Shown here piece by piece: positions 1 through 10,328 of a DNA stretch of 32,000 nucleotides. The notes below the pieces were generated by a model. The model saw nothing but the letters and a program-made list of their open reading frames with translations. It did no database searches and was not told the origin of the DNA. Positions within the stretch are counted from its first letter, which is position 1, and each line of letters opens with the position of its first letter. A program made the position numbers and the translations under genes. Origin of the DNA: Demequinaceae bacterium (lineage in GTDB: Bacteria > Actinomycetota > Actinomycetes > Actinomycetales > Demequinaceae); contig OZ252279.1 of NCBI GenBank assembly GCA_965250005.1, positions 870,001 to 902,000 of the forward strand, in the 5' to 3' direction.

Positions 1-75
1 GAACCCGTGAGTGAGCGCCGCGCGTGCGACATTGCTGCCAATGTTTCCTGCGCCGATGATTCCCAGTGTTTTCAT
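1..75 (-). CDS. N-terminus of a Rossmann-fold NAD(P)-binding protein, similar to F420-dependent NADP oxidoreductase-type proteins; truncated by the window edge
   Basis: Manual reverse translation from 75 gives MKTLGIIGAGNIGSNVARAALTHGF, with a GxGxxG dinucleotide-binding motif. It is absent from the supplied ORF track because it runs off the edge. Confidence 0.75.
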   Translation of the reverse strand, partial: MKTLGIIGAGNIGSNVARAALTHGF

Positions 76-93
76 GCTGGGCTCAACCCCAGC
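76..93 (-). promoter_or_regulatory. Short hairpin directly abutting the start codon of the Rossmann-fold gene
   Basis: GCTGGG-CTCAAC-CCCAGC: perfect 6-bp arms with a 6-nt loop, ending 1 nt before the ATG. Confidence 0.35.
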
Positions 94-122
94 GGGGGCC
101 GGGTCATTCCGCGCCCTAGTTC

Positions 123-319
123 TGCGAGGCGGACTGCGAGGCGGACTGCGAGGCGGACTGCGAGGCGGACTGCGAGGCGGACTGCGAGGCGGACTGCGAG
201 GCGGACTGCGAGGCGGACTGCGAGGCGGACTGCGAGGCGGACTGCGAGGCGGACTGCGAGGCGGACTGCGAGGCGGACTGCGAGGCGGACTGCGAGGCGG
301 ACTGCGAGGCGGACTGCGA
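123..319. repeat. Perfect 12-bp tandem repeat (minisatellite), 16 full copies of TGCGAGGCGGAC plus a 5-nt partial copy
   Basis: Read directly: period 12 from 123 to 314 with no mismatches, then TGCGA at 315-319. Confidence 0.98.
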
Positions 320-442
320 CATGCTTGCGAGCATTGCGTACCCAAAGTGGAAGTTTTACCCTCTCAACTCAACGCCGCCCGAGTAGGTTGGCAAAACCAG
401 GTGTTCCGAGGCGCCGCAAGGTCCGACCGCCAGCGACCAGTT

Positions 443-517
443 GACCCGGTGCATCCACCCAAACTTGTCCTCAACGGGCCCGAACTGAATGCCGATCAAT
501 CGGGCATTCACACCACG
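443..517 (-). pseudogene. C-terminal relic of a branched-chain aminotransferase (ilvE-like)
   Basis: The translation RGVNARLIGIQFGPVEDKFGWMHRV matches the C-termini of the three intact copies (e.g. RVRERLIGVQYGRVEDLFGWMRPV, 14 of 20 identical over the core). The rest of the gene is missing. Confidence 0.75.
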
Positions 518-725
518 CCCAACACGCGCCCTCACGTGAACGCTATGAACGCTTTGCCACAGCCCAATCTGCCACTCACGCGCCGGTTGCTCATCGGCCA
601 CCAGCCGCCAATACCCGATGATCTCGTTTGACGTCCTTGTCACTTTCGCCAAGACAACAAGACAACAAGAGCACCAACGCATACGCTGAAGGGGCAACGC
701 CTCCCCGAAGGCATGAGGAGTCACC

Positions 726-3077
726 ATGGTGGCAGAGCGCAAGCGGCACGGCGCAGTGCCATTCGCAACACGAGCCGCCGCGCCACTGGCCACCCTTGTG
801 TTGTTGCTGGCGGCGGACCTCGCAATCCCCGAGAGTTTCTGGCCCACCGTTCTTTACGGCGTCGTCGTGCTAGGCACCAGCCTCACCCGTCGAGTCTCGA
901 TCGTTGCTATCGCCGTCATATTCGCGCTTACGGCGACCACAGCGGTCGGAGTCGCTAGTGCCGCGTCTGCACCAGGATTCATATCCTCCTCTGAGTTTGC
1001 TGGCCGCGTCGCCGTCGGCATCACCATTCTTCTGATCTACCCGCTATCGATCCAGCTGACACGCGGACTGCTCGCGCCGCCCGGCTACCCCTCCAAGTTT
1101 GCGCGCGACTTCCTCGCCGCTTCCCCGGACTCGAACGGCAGCGATCCGTCGCTCGACGCACGGTCGAAGACGCGCTTCACCACCCCCGCTGGCGACTACA
1201 CGGCGGAACTTGAGCACAGGCTAGGACGATTGCTAGAGGTCCTGCCGATCATGGTGTGGACCGCCAAACCGACAGGCGAGATCGATTTCGTCAATGAGGC
1301 TGGCACCGACTACTTTGGCTTGCCTGCGGAAGAGATCCTGGGGGAAAAATGGTTGTCGCTATTGCACCCGGATGATCGCGAGCAAACTCTGGCCAAGTGG
1401 GCATCGTCGATCGAGACGGGCGCGGCTTACGCAGTGCACCATCGTTTGCGTTCGCGCGACGGCGTATATCGGTGGTTCGCTGCCCGCGCGCTCGCCGAGA
1501 AGGACACCTCCGGAACAGTGGTGCGCTGGTGGGGTACCACAATAGACGTGCACGAAGAACGCGAGCGCGCGGCTGACGTGAGGCGCGTCCTGGACGCCCG
1601 CGAGCGCATCCTCGAAAACATCGGCGACGGCGTCGCAGAACTCGATCACGACTGGCGTATTGCCTTCGTCTCAGAGCAGGGCGCCGCTCTGATGGGCGCC
1701 ACGGTCGAGCAGCAGCAGGGCCGGATCTTGTGGGAGCTCAGCCCCGAGATGAAGGGGACGATTCTCGAGACAGAGTACTTAAAGGCGGTAGAGACCAGAC
1801 AACGGACCAAGTTCTCCATCCACAATCCGCTTTATGGCAAGTGGCTCGAGGTGACCGCGACGCCGACCGAGCACGGCCTCACCGTCGCGTATCGAGACAC
1901 CACCGAGACTCGAGAACTCCAAGCCAGTTTGCAGCAGGCGCAGCGACTCGAATCTGTGGGACAACTCACCGGTGGCATTGCCCACGATTTCAACAATCTC
2001 CTCACCGTCGTTATTGGCGGAGCGGAGGCTCTCGAGTCTGGGAACAGGCTCAACGACGCGGACTTCGAGATGACAAACCTCATTGCTGAAGCTGCCCGCC
2101 AGGGTGCAGATCTGATCACATCGCTCATGGCCTTTGCACGACAAATGCCGCTAGATTCGCGCCCCACGGACCTCAATAAACTTGTCAGGACAATTGAGCC
2201 GCTGCTGCGACACACGTTGGGCGAAAACGTCGCAATCCGCTTTGACCTCTCTTCGGACCTACCGAGCGTGACGGTCGACGACACCCAGTTTGAAAGTGCC
2301 GTCATCAACCTAGCCATCAACGCACGGGACGCCATGCCGGAAGGGGGATCGCTCGCGATCGACACGCGGCTTGCCTCCATCAACGATGACTATGCCGCGC
2401 GGGACCCCGAGCTGGAGGCTGGCACTTATGTCGTGATCTCGGTGAGCGACACCGGCGCGGGGATTTCTCCCGAGCACCTACCTCATCTCTTCGACCCGTT
2501 TTTCACCACGAAGCCCGCCGACTACGGCTCAGGCCTTGGGCTCGCGATGGTGTGGGGATTTGCCAAGGAATCGAATGGACACGTTACCGTCTACTCCGAA
2601 CCAGGCCTGGGCACGACCTTCAACCTGTACCTCCCCATTAGCGACGAAGCCCCCAGTTCCCCGCAGCCCGGCACCGAATCGGGGGACGTCCGCGGCAGCG
2701 GCGTGATTCTTGTGACGGAGGACAATGACCTGGTGCGCGCGTTCGCGATCGCGCAATTGAGTGCACACGGGTACGACGTTCACGCTGCCAGTAACTCGAA
2801 GGAAGCACTGAAGCTGCTCGATGACATCGAGCAGCTCGACCTGCTCTTCACCGACGTAGTGATGCCGGGCGGCATGACGGGCACCGAACTCGCTAAATCA
2901 GTAGTTGATCGCCGCCCCCAGACCGCGGTGCTTTTCACTTCGGGATACACGCAAGAGATCATGGAGAGCGACGGCCGGATCGAATCTGGCGTCGATCTAC
3001 TAAGGAAGCCGTACACCGGACGCCAGCTGACTGCGACCGTGTCGCAAATACTCAAGCGTGAGGCAGCGACCCCATGA
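726..3077 (+). CDS. Membrane-associated hybrid sensor histidine kinase (TM region, PAS, HisKA/HATPase, receiver)
   Basis: Hydrophobic N-terminus; GGIAHDFNNLLTVVIGG H-box; NLAINARDAMPEGG N-box; GLGLAMVWGF and GLGTTFNLYLP; C-terminal receiver with DLLFTDVVMPGGMTG and LLRKPY. GAGGAG lies 5 nt before the ATG. Confidence 0.93.
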   Translation: MVAERKRHGAVPFATRAAAPLATLVLLLAADLAIPESFWPTVLYGVVVLGTSLTRRVSIVAIAVIFALTATTAVGVASAASAPGFISSSEFAGRVAVGITILLIYPLSIQLTRGLLAPPGYPSKFARDFLAASPDSNGSDPSLDARSKTRFTTPAGDYTAELEHRLGRLLEVLPIMVWTAKPTGEIDFVNEAGTDYFGLPAEEILGEKWLSLLHPDDREQTLAKWASSIETGAAYAVHHRLRSRDGVYRWFAARALAEKDTSGTVVRWWGTTIDVHEERERAADVRRVLDARERILENIGDGVAELDHDWRIAFVSEQGAALMGATVEQQQGRILWELSPEMKGTILETEYLKAVETRQRTKFSIHNPLYGKWLEVTATPTEHGLTVAYRDTTETRELQASLQQAQRLESVGQLTGGIAHDFNNLLTVVIGGAEALESGNRLNDADFEMTNLIAEAARQGADLITSLMAFARQMPLDSRPTDLNKLVRTIEPLLRHTLGENVAIRFDLSSDLPSVTVDDTQFESAVINLAINARDAMPEGGSLAIDTRLASINDDYAARDPELEAGTYVVISVSDTGAGISPEHLPHLFDPFFTTKPADYGSGLGLAMVWGFAKESNGHVTVYSEPGLGTTFNLYLPISDEAPSSPQPGTESGDVRGSGVILVTEDNDLVRAFAIAQLSAHGYDVHAASNSKEALKLLDDIEQLDLLFTDVVMPGGMTGTELAKSVVDRRPQTAVLFTSGYTQEIMESDGRIESGVDLLRKPYTGRQLTATVSQILKREAATP

Positions 3078-4294
3078 CTCCGGAAGCCCCCAAAAGGGTA
3101 TTGATCGTCGACGACGAGCCGATGATCGGGAAGATCGCGACGGCGCACGTCCGGTCGCTTGGTGGAATCGGGCGCTCGGTGCAGACGCCCGAAGAGTTCT
3201 TCCAGATTCTCCATGAGTGGAACCCTGACGTCGTCATGGTGGACTTGATTCTTGGACCGTCGGACGGCCTAGACGTCCTCAGACGCCTTTCAGACGAGGG
3301 CACACTCGCTTCCGTCATCATCGCCAGCGGCGTGGGGCACCGCGTGATGGACGCCGCTCGCCGATTCGCCGACGGCAACGGCCTGGCGATACTTGGCGTG
3401 CTTAGAAAGCCGTACCGTCGCGCCGATGTCGCGGAACTGCTAAACCAACACGGGTACGGGTCCGTGGCGCTTCGTGAAGATCACGACGGTGGCGGCATCC
3501 CGTGGAGCGACGCCGAGTTCGGTGAACAAATCGACACTGCCATCACCCACGGACACGTCGAAATTGCGTTACAACCCAAGGTCTCGTGCTCGTCACTCGA
3601 GCTCGTGGGTTACGAGGTGCTCGCGAGGTGGCGACACCAAGACCTCGGATTAATTGAACCAAGCGTGTTCGTACCGTTTGCGGAGCGAACGGATCGCGCG
3701 TCCGCACTCACCGTCCACGTGCTGCGCGCTGGACTCAACTGGTTCGCTCGCCACGGCGCCGCGGGCGCGCATCTCGCCGTCAACCTCTCCGCGACAGAAC
3801 TCGACGACACGAACCTAGTCGCGCGGCTCCGGAAGAGTTGCGCAGGTGCCGGGGTAGATACGAGACGAGTGACTCTGGAACTTACTGAGACGGCCGGCCT
3901 CAAGGATGAACTTCAGTCGCTTGAAACCCTCACCCACTTGCGGCTCGCGGGATTCCATCTGTCACTTGACGACTTCGGAACGGGCTATTCGTCCATGGAG
4001 CAACTCGCCCGTATGCCATTCTCCGAGTTGAAAATTGACCGGTCGTTCATCGCACCCCTGGCGACCAACCCTGAGGCACTCATCATGGTGAAGTCCACGA
4101 TCAAGCTCAGCCACGACCTAGATTTGGCTTGCACAGCGGAGGGCGTCGAGGACCGGGAGGCCCTCCGGATTCTCGCGGATCTGGGCTGCGACAACGCGCA
4201 GGGGTACCTCATTGCGCGACCGCAAGCGCCGGAAGCGATGGCGCTTTGGGCGTCTCCGGATCTGAGTGCCGTGGGACCACGCGAAAGCTACTAG
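3074..4294 (+). CDS. Response regulator with receiver and EAL (c-di-GMP phosphodiesterase-type) domains
   Basis: Receiver VLIVDDEPMIG / VVMVDLILG / VLRKPY. EAL signatures YEVLARW, NLSATEL, LELTE, DDFGTGYSS, KIDRSF, AEGVED, AQGYLIARP. ATGA overlap with the upstream kinase. Confidence 0.93.
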   Translation: MTPEAPKRVLIVDDEPMIGKIATAHVRSLGGIGRSVQTPEEFFQILHEWNPDVVMVDLILGPSDGLDVLRRLSDEGTLASVIIASGVGHRVMDAARRFADGNGLAILGVLRKPYRRADVAELLNQHGYGSVALREDHDGGGIPWSDAEFGEQIDTAITHGHVEIALQPKVSCSSLELVGYEVLARWRHQDLGLIEPSVFVPFAERTDRASALTVHVLRAGLNWFARHGAAGAHLAVNLSATELDDTNLVARLRKSCAGAGVDTRRVTLELTETAGLKDELQSLETLTHLRLAGFHLSLDDFGTGYSSMEQLARMPFSELKIDRSFIAPLATNPEALIMVKSTIKLSHDLDLACTAEGVEDREALRILADLGCDNAQGYLIARPQAPEAMALWASPDLSAVGPRESY

Positions 4295-4329
4295 GCCGCT
4301 CCCCTGCTGAGCTTGTATATCCGCGAGGA

Positions 4330-5439
4330 CTATGCGACGGGTCGCATCCACCCGAAGAGGTCTTCAACGCGGCCATATTGAACCCCGATCAGCCGTTCTC
4401 GCACCCGCATCGTCTCCGCACCGGGCTCACCGTCGCCAACAGTTAACTCAAAGTCTGGTGACACTAACCTCCCGATCGGCACGATTGCCGCGGCAGTCCC
4501 GCACGCGAACACCTCTGCGACTGTGCGGTTCGCAACTCCAGCGCGTAGCTCCTCGATCGAGATGTCTCGCTCCTCGACGGCCCGGCCCTCGTTGCGCAGC
4601 AGCGCCAGCACGGAGTCGCGCGTGATGCCCTCGAGGATGGTGCCCGTCAGTCGCGGAGTGGCCACTGACCCGTCGGCCATCACCACAACGACATTCATCG
4701 CGCCCAGTTCCTCAATGAACTCGTCCGCGTGCGCGTCAAGGAACAGCACTTGGTCACAGCCGTGCTCCTCGGCCTGGCTCTGCGGCAGCATCGCGGCACC
4801 GTAGTTGCCACCCGCCTTCGCCTCGCCGGTGCCGCCCAGGACCGCACGGTGATACCCCTGCGCCACCCACACCGAGATGGGCCTCACTCCGCTCGGGAAG
4901 TACGGGCCAACGGGCGACGCCAGCAGCACGAATTGCGCGTGCCGCGACGGCCTCACCGCCAGCCACGGCTCCGAGCCAAACATCACGGGCCGCAGGTACA
5001 GGCTCGCGCCCGCCTCCTTCGGCACCCACGCACGGTCCACCGTCACGAGCGCCTCTAGCGCGCCAACGAAGTCCCTAACCGGCAGCGGCGGCAGCGCAAT
5101 GCGCTCCGCGGAGGCCTGGAACCGCACCGCGTTCCGATCCGGCCGCATGAGGCGCAGCACGCCGTCGTCCCCGTGATAGCCCTTGAGCGCCTCGAACACC
5201 TGCTGTCCATAATTCAGCCCGCTTGCGCCCGGGTGCACGGGGACGTCCCCCATGGGCACCACTCCGCGCTCGCCCCAGCCCTCGCCCTCGCTCCAGCTCG
5301 CCCGCACCATGTGATCGGTGAAGACCGTACCGAACGAGGGGCTGTCCATGAGTCGCGCGCGCTCCGAATCCGATGCCGGTGCCGGGTTTGGCGTGAGGGG
5401 GAACTCCCCCTCGGTGAGGCCAGAAGGGGGAGTGATCAT
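4330..5439 (-). CDS. ilvE: Branched-chain amino acid aminotransferase-like protein (paralog 1, most divergent)
   Basis: FTDHMVRASW, YGQQVFEALKGY, GTGEAKAGGNYGAAMLPQ (PLP lysine retained), TPRLTGTILEGITR, VFACGTAA, QYGRVEDLFGWM. Confidence 0.88.
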   Translation of the reverse strand: MITPPSGLTEGEFPLTPNPAPASDSERARLMDSPSFGTVFTDHMVRASWSEGEGWGERGVVPMGDVPVHPGASGLNYGQQVFEALKGYHGDDGVLRLMRPDRNAVRFQASAERIALPPLPVRDFVGALEALVTVDRAWVPKEAGASLYLRPVMFGSEPWLAVRPSRHAQFVLLASPVGPYFPSGVRPISVWVAQGYHRAVLGGTGEAKAGGNYGAAMLPQSQAEEHGCDQVLFLDAHADEFIEELGAMNVVVVMADGSVATPRLTGTILEGITRDSVLALLRNEGRAVEERDISIEELRAGVANRTVAEVFACGTAAAIVPIGRLVSPDFELTVGDGEPGAETMRVRERLIGVQYGRVEDLFGWMRPVA

Positions 5440-5496
5440 CCGTTCAGGCTAGCGCGCAGGCGTGGAGTCGAACAGAGCGCGCGAGCCTCGATGCAT

Positions 5497-5838
5497 CTAG
5501 TTTGTATCGCTGCGGCCGGGGACCGCGTCCCCGAACACGGTGCCGAGCATCACGAGCACCACCTGGACGATCGCTGGAACCGTCGCGCCCACCGCGAAGA
5601 ATGCCGCGGCACCGCCAAGCAGGATCACGACTCGAACTACCTGTGCCACGCGAGCGGGCAGCACCACGCGCGCCCTGGGCGACAGGAACATGCCCCACAC
5701 GACCGCGACCAACAGGGGAAGCCCTAGCCCTACGACCCACTCCAGTGGCCCGTCGAACGTCGAGAACCCCCACCAGCCGAAACCCGCGAAAACTCCGATC
5801 TCGGCCAGGAAAACGAGCGCTCCACCAAGTGCCTTCAT
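5497..5838 (-). CDS. Small membrane protein, DUF2568/YrdB-like
   Basis: MKALGGALVFLAEIGVFAGFGWWGF...PLLVAVVWGMFLSPRARVVLP...; 113 aa with several hydrophobic segments and a GGAGGAG ribosome binding site. Embedded in the larger 5497..6570 ORF. Confidence 0.75.
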   Translation of the reverse strand: MKALGGALVFLAEIGVFAGFGWWGFSTFDGPLEWVVGLGLPLLVAVVWGMFLSPRARVVLPARVAQVVRVVILLGGAAAFFAVGATVPAIVQVVLVMLGTVFGDAVPGRSDTN

Positions 5839-5867
5839 GCTCACTCCTCCCGCCGCAGCGCGGCGCA

Positions 5868-6971
5868 TTAGTCCGAGACCGTGCGCATCCAGCCGTGCGT
5901 GTCTTCCGCGCGGCCGTACTGAATGTCGGTCAGGCGCGTACGGATCGCCATGGTGACGTCCCCTGCCTCGCCGCCGTTGATGGAGAAGTCGAAATCGGGC
6001 GACGCGAGGCGGCCCACGGGCGTGACCACTGCCGCCGTGCCGCACGAGAACACCTCGGCGATGTCGCCACTGGCGAGGCCCTCGCGGACCTCCGCCAGCG
6101 TGATGTCCTTCTCGACCACTTTGCGCGAGTCGTCGTTGAGTAGCTGAAGCACGGACGAGCGCGTGATGCCCTCGAGGATGGTCCCCGTCAAGCGGGGTGT
6201 CTCCACTGTGCCGTCTTTGCGGACGATGAAGAGGTTCATGCCGCCCAGCTCCTCGACGTACGTGTCCGTGGACGAATCCAGAAACAGCACCTGCTGGCAG
6301 CCATGGTCGAACGCCTGCTGCTGAGGCAGTAGCGACGCCGCATAGTTGCCGCCGCACTTGGCCGCGCCCGTACCGCCAGGGCCGGCGCGGTGGAATCCCT
6401 GCGCGACCCAGATGGACACGGGCCGCACGCCGCCGGGGAAGTACGGCCCCACGGGGCCAGCGATGAGCAGGTAGTCCACAGCGTTGGCCGGGCGAACACC
6501 AAGAAACGCCTCGGACGCGAACATGAAGGGGCGCAAGTACAACGAACTCTCCGCAGACCCGGGAACCCAACTCCCATCGATCTTCAGCAGTGCCTCGATC
6601 GAGCCCAGGAAATCCTCTACCCGCAGCTCAGGCAGGGCAAGTCGTCGCGCCGACGCCTGGAATCGCTTCGCGTTCGCCTCAGGGCGGAACAGCCAGATCG
6701 ATTCGTCGTCGTGCCGGTATGCCTTGAGGCCCTCGAACACCTCTTGCGCGTAGTGGAGAACAGCCGCGGCGGGGTCGAGCGTCAGCGGACCGTATGGCTC
6801 GACGCGCCTATCGGTCCACCCTCCTTTCGAGTCCCAGGAGACGCGGACCATGTGGTCCGTGAACTCCTTGCCAAAGTTGAGGTTGCGAAGGATCTCGAGC
6901 CGGTCCGCCTCGTCGCGCGGCGACGTGTTCGCGAAGACCTCGAAGTCCCCGGCTGTGGTGATGACAGTCAT
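5868..6971 (-). CDS. ilvE: Branched-chain amino acid aminotransferase (paralog 2)
   Basis: FTDHMVRVSW, YAQEVFEGLKAYR, GTGAAKCGGNYAASLLPQ, TPRLTGTILEGITR, VFSCGTAAVV, DIQYGRAEDTHGWM. GGGAGAA upstream of the ATG. Confidence 0.95.
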   Translation of the reverse strand: MTVITTAGDFEVFANTSPRDEADRLEILRNLNFGKEFTDHMVRVSWDSKGGWTDRRVEPYGPLTLDPAAAVLHYAQEVFEGLKAYRHDDESIWLFRPEANAKRFQASARRLALPELRVEDFLGSIEALLKIDGSWVPGSAESSLYLRPFMFASEAFLGVRPANAVDYLLIAGPVGPYFPGGVRPVSIWVAQGFHRAGPGGTGAAKCGGNYAASLLPQQQAFDHGCQQVLFLDSSTDTYVEELGGMNLFIVRKDGTVETPRLTGTILEGITRSSVLQLLNDDSRKVVEKDITLAEVREGLASGDIAEVFSCGTAAVVTPVGRLASPDFDFSINGGEAGDVTMAIRTRLTDIQYGRAEDTHGWMRTVSD

Positions 6972-7055
6972 TGCAATTCTCCCATGCTGAAACAGTAACG
7001 GTAATGCGGGATCGCTCGGCTCGCCAGCGTCGCCCGCCCGTGATGCCTTAGGCTG

Positions 7056-8156
7056 CTAGCCCACCCTCCGCATCCAGCCGTGCGTGTCTTCCGCGCGCCC
7101 GTACTGAATGTCAGTGAGGCGCTCGAGGATCCCCCTGGTCACGGGGCCTGCGGAGCCGTCGCCAACGGTCACGTCAAAGTCCGGGCTGGCCAGTCGTCCC
7201 ACGGGGGCAACAACGGCCGCGGTGCCGCACGCGAATAGCTCGGCAATGTCGCCGTCCCGAGCGCCCTCGGCCACGTCCGCCAGCGTGATGTCTTTCTCCA
7301 CAGCCCTCACGCCGTCGTCTTCGAGCAGCTGCAGAATCGAGGCGCGGGTGATGCCTTCAAGGATGTCCCCCGTGAGGCGAGGCGTCTCTACGATTCCATC
7401 CGCGCGGACCACCAGCGCGTTCATCCCGCCAAACTCTTCCAGCAGCGTCTCCGTGGCGGCGTCCGTGTAGAGCACCTGCTCGCAGCCGTGTTGGCGGGCT
7501 TGGACCTGTGGGAGCATCGACGCGGCATAATTACCGCCGCACTTGGCCGCGCCCGTCCCGCCCGCGCTGGCCCGGTGGTACCCCTGCGCGACCCAGATGG
7601 ATACTGCATCCACTCCCCCGGCAAAGTACGGGCCCACGGGGCTCGCGATCAGGACGTAGCTGACTTTGTGCCCGGGCCGCACGCCCAGGTATGCCTCGGA
7701 AGCGAACATGAACGGACGCAGGTACAGGCTTGCGTCGGCGCCCCGCGGGACCCATTCCGCGTCTACCGACAGCAGAGCCTCGACGGACCCGATGAAATCC
7801 TGCGTGGAGAGTTCCGGGAGCGCCATACGCCGCGCGGACGCCTGCATTCGAGCCGCGTTGTCCTCTGGCCGGAAGAGCCAGATGGAGCCGTCGTCCCACC
7901 TGTAGGCCTTGAGGCCCTCGAAGATTCCTTGGCCGTAATGCAGCACCGTCGCGGCTGGGTCGAGCGTAATGGTTCCGTACGGCTCCACACGACGATCGGT
8001 CCAGCCCTCGCCTGCGGCCCAGGAGATCCGGACCATGTGGTCCGTGAACGCCCGGCCGAAGTCGAGCTCCTCGAGAGCCCGCTGCCGGGCCTCGTCGGAG
8101 TGCGGATCAGGATTGGGGCGCACTGAGAATTCCGCGACGGCTGTCGTGGGACTCAT
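7056..8156 (-). CDS. ilvE: Branched-chain amino acid aminotransferase (paralog 3)
   Basis: FTDHMVRISW, YGQGIFEGLKAYR, GTGAAKCGGNYAASMLPQ, LTGDILEGITR, DIQYGRAEDTHGWMRRVG; 30 nt downstream of leuB on the same strand. Confidence 0.95.
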   Translation of the reverse strand: MSPTTAVAEFSVRPNPDPHSDEARQRALEELDFGRAFTDHMVRISWAAGEGWTDRRVEPYGTITLDPAATVLHYGQGIFEGLKAYRWDDGSIWLFRPEDNAARMQASARRMALPELSTQDFIGSVEALLSVDAEWVPRGADASLYLRPFMFASEAYLGVRPGHKVSYVLIASPVGPYFAGGVDAVSIWVAQGYHRASAGGTGAAKCGGNYAASMLPQVQARQHGCEQVLYTDAATETLLEEFGGMNALVVRADGIVETPRLTGDILEGITRASILQLLEDDGVRAVEKDITLADVAEGARDGDIAELFACGTAAVVAPVGRLASPDFDVTVGDGSAGPVTRGILERLTDIQYGRAEDTHGWMRRVG

Positions 8157-8186
8157 CGTGCACCTCCTCTAGCGGGCGGTCGGCTC

Positions 8187-10267
<2,081 letters not shown>

Positions 10268-10293
10268 TTATGGATTGATATCTAGAAACTTAG

Positions 10294-10309
10294 CGGTGCG
10301 GGCGCACCG
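10294..10309 (-). promoter_or_regulatory. Intercistronic hairpin between ilvN and ilvC
   Basis: CGGTGC-GGGC-GCACCG perfect 6-bp stem inside the 73-nt gap. Confidence 0.4.
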
Positions 10310-10328
10310 GCTATGCGGATGAAACCTG

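Noticed and set aside
123-319. Possible CRISPR array
   Set aside because: The 12-bp units are contiguous, with no spacers and no cas genes; this is a simple tandem repeat.
116-334. 72-aa (SASQ)n ORF and the 145/206-aa (RTAR)n / (GLRG)n ORFs
   Set aside because: The open frames follow from a 12-bp period lacking stops. No recognisable non-repeat domain or convincing ribosome binding site.
356-847. 163-aa minus-strand ORF as an intact gene
   Set aside because: Only the short C-terminal ilvE-like segment is recognisable, and the N-terminal part overlaps the kinase gene start. Treated as a relic inside a chance ORF.
4295-4329. Bidirectional terminator between REC-EAL and ilvE copy 1
   Set aside because: No clear stem with a T-tract in the 35-bp gap.
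5497-6570. 357-aa minus-strand ORF as one protein
   Set aside because: Only its last 113 residues form a coherent protein with its own ribosome binding site. The rest is an alternate frame of ilvE copy 2.
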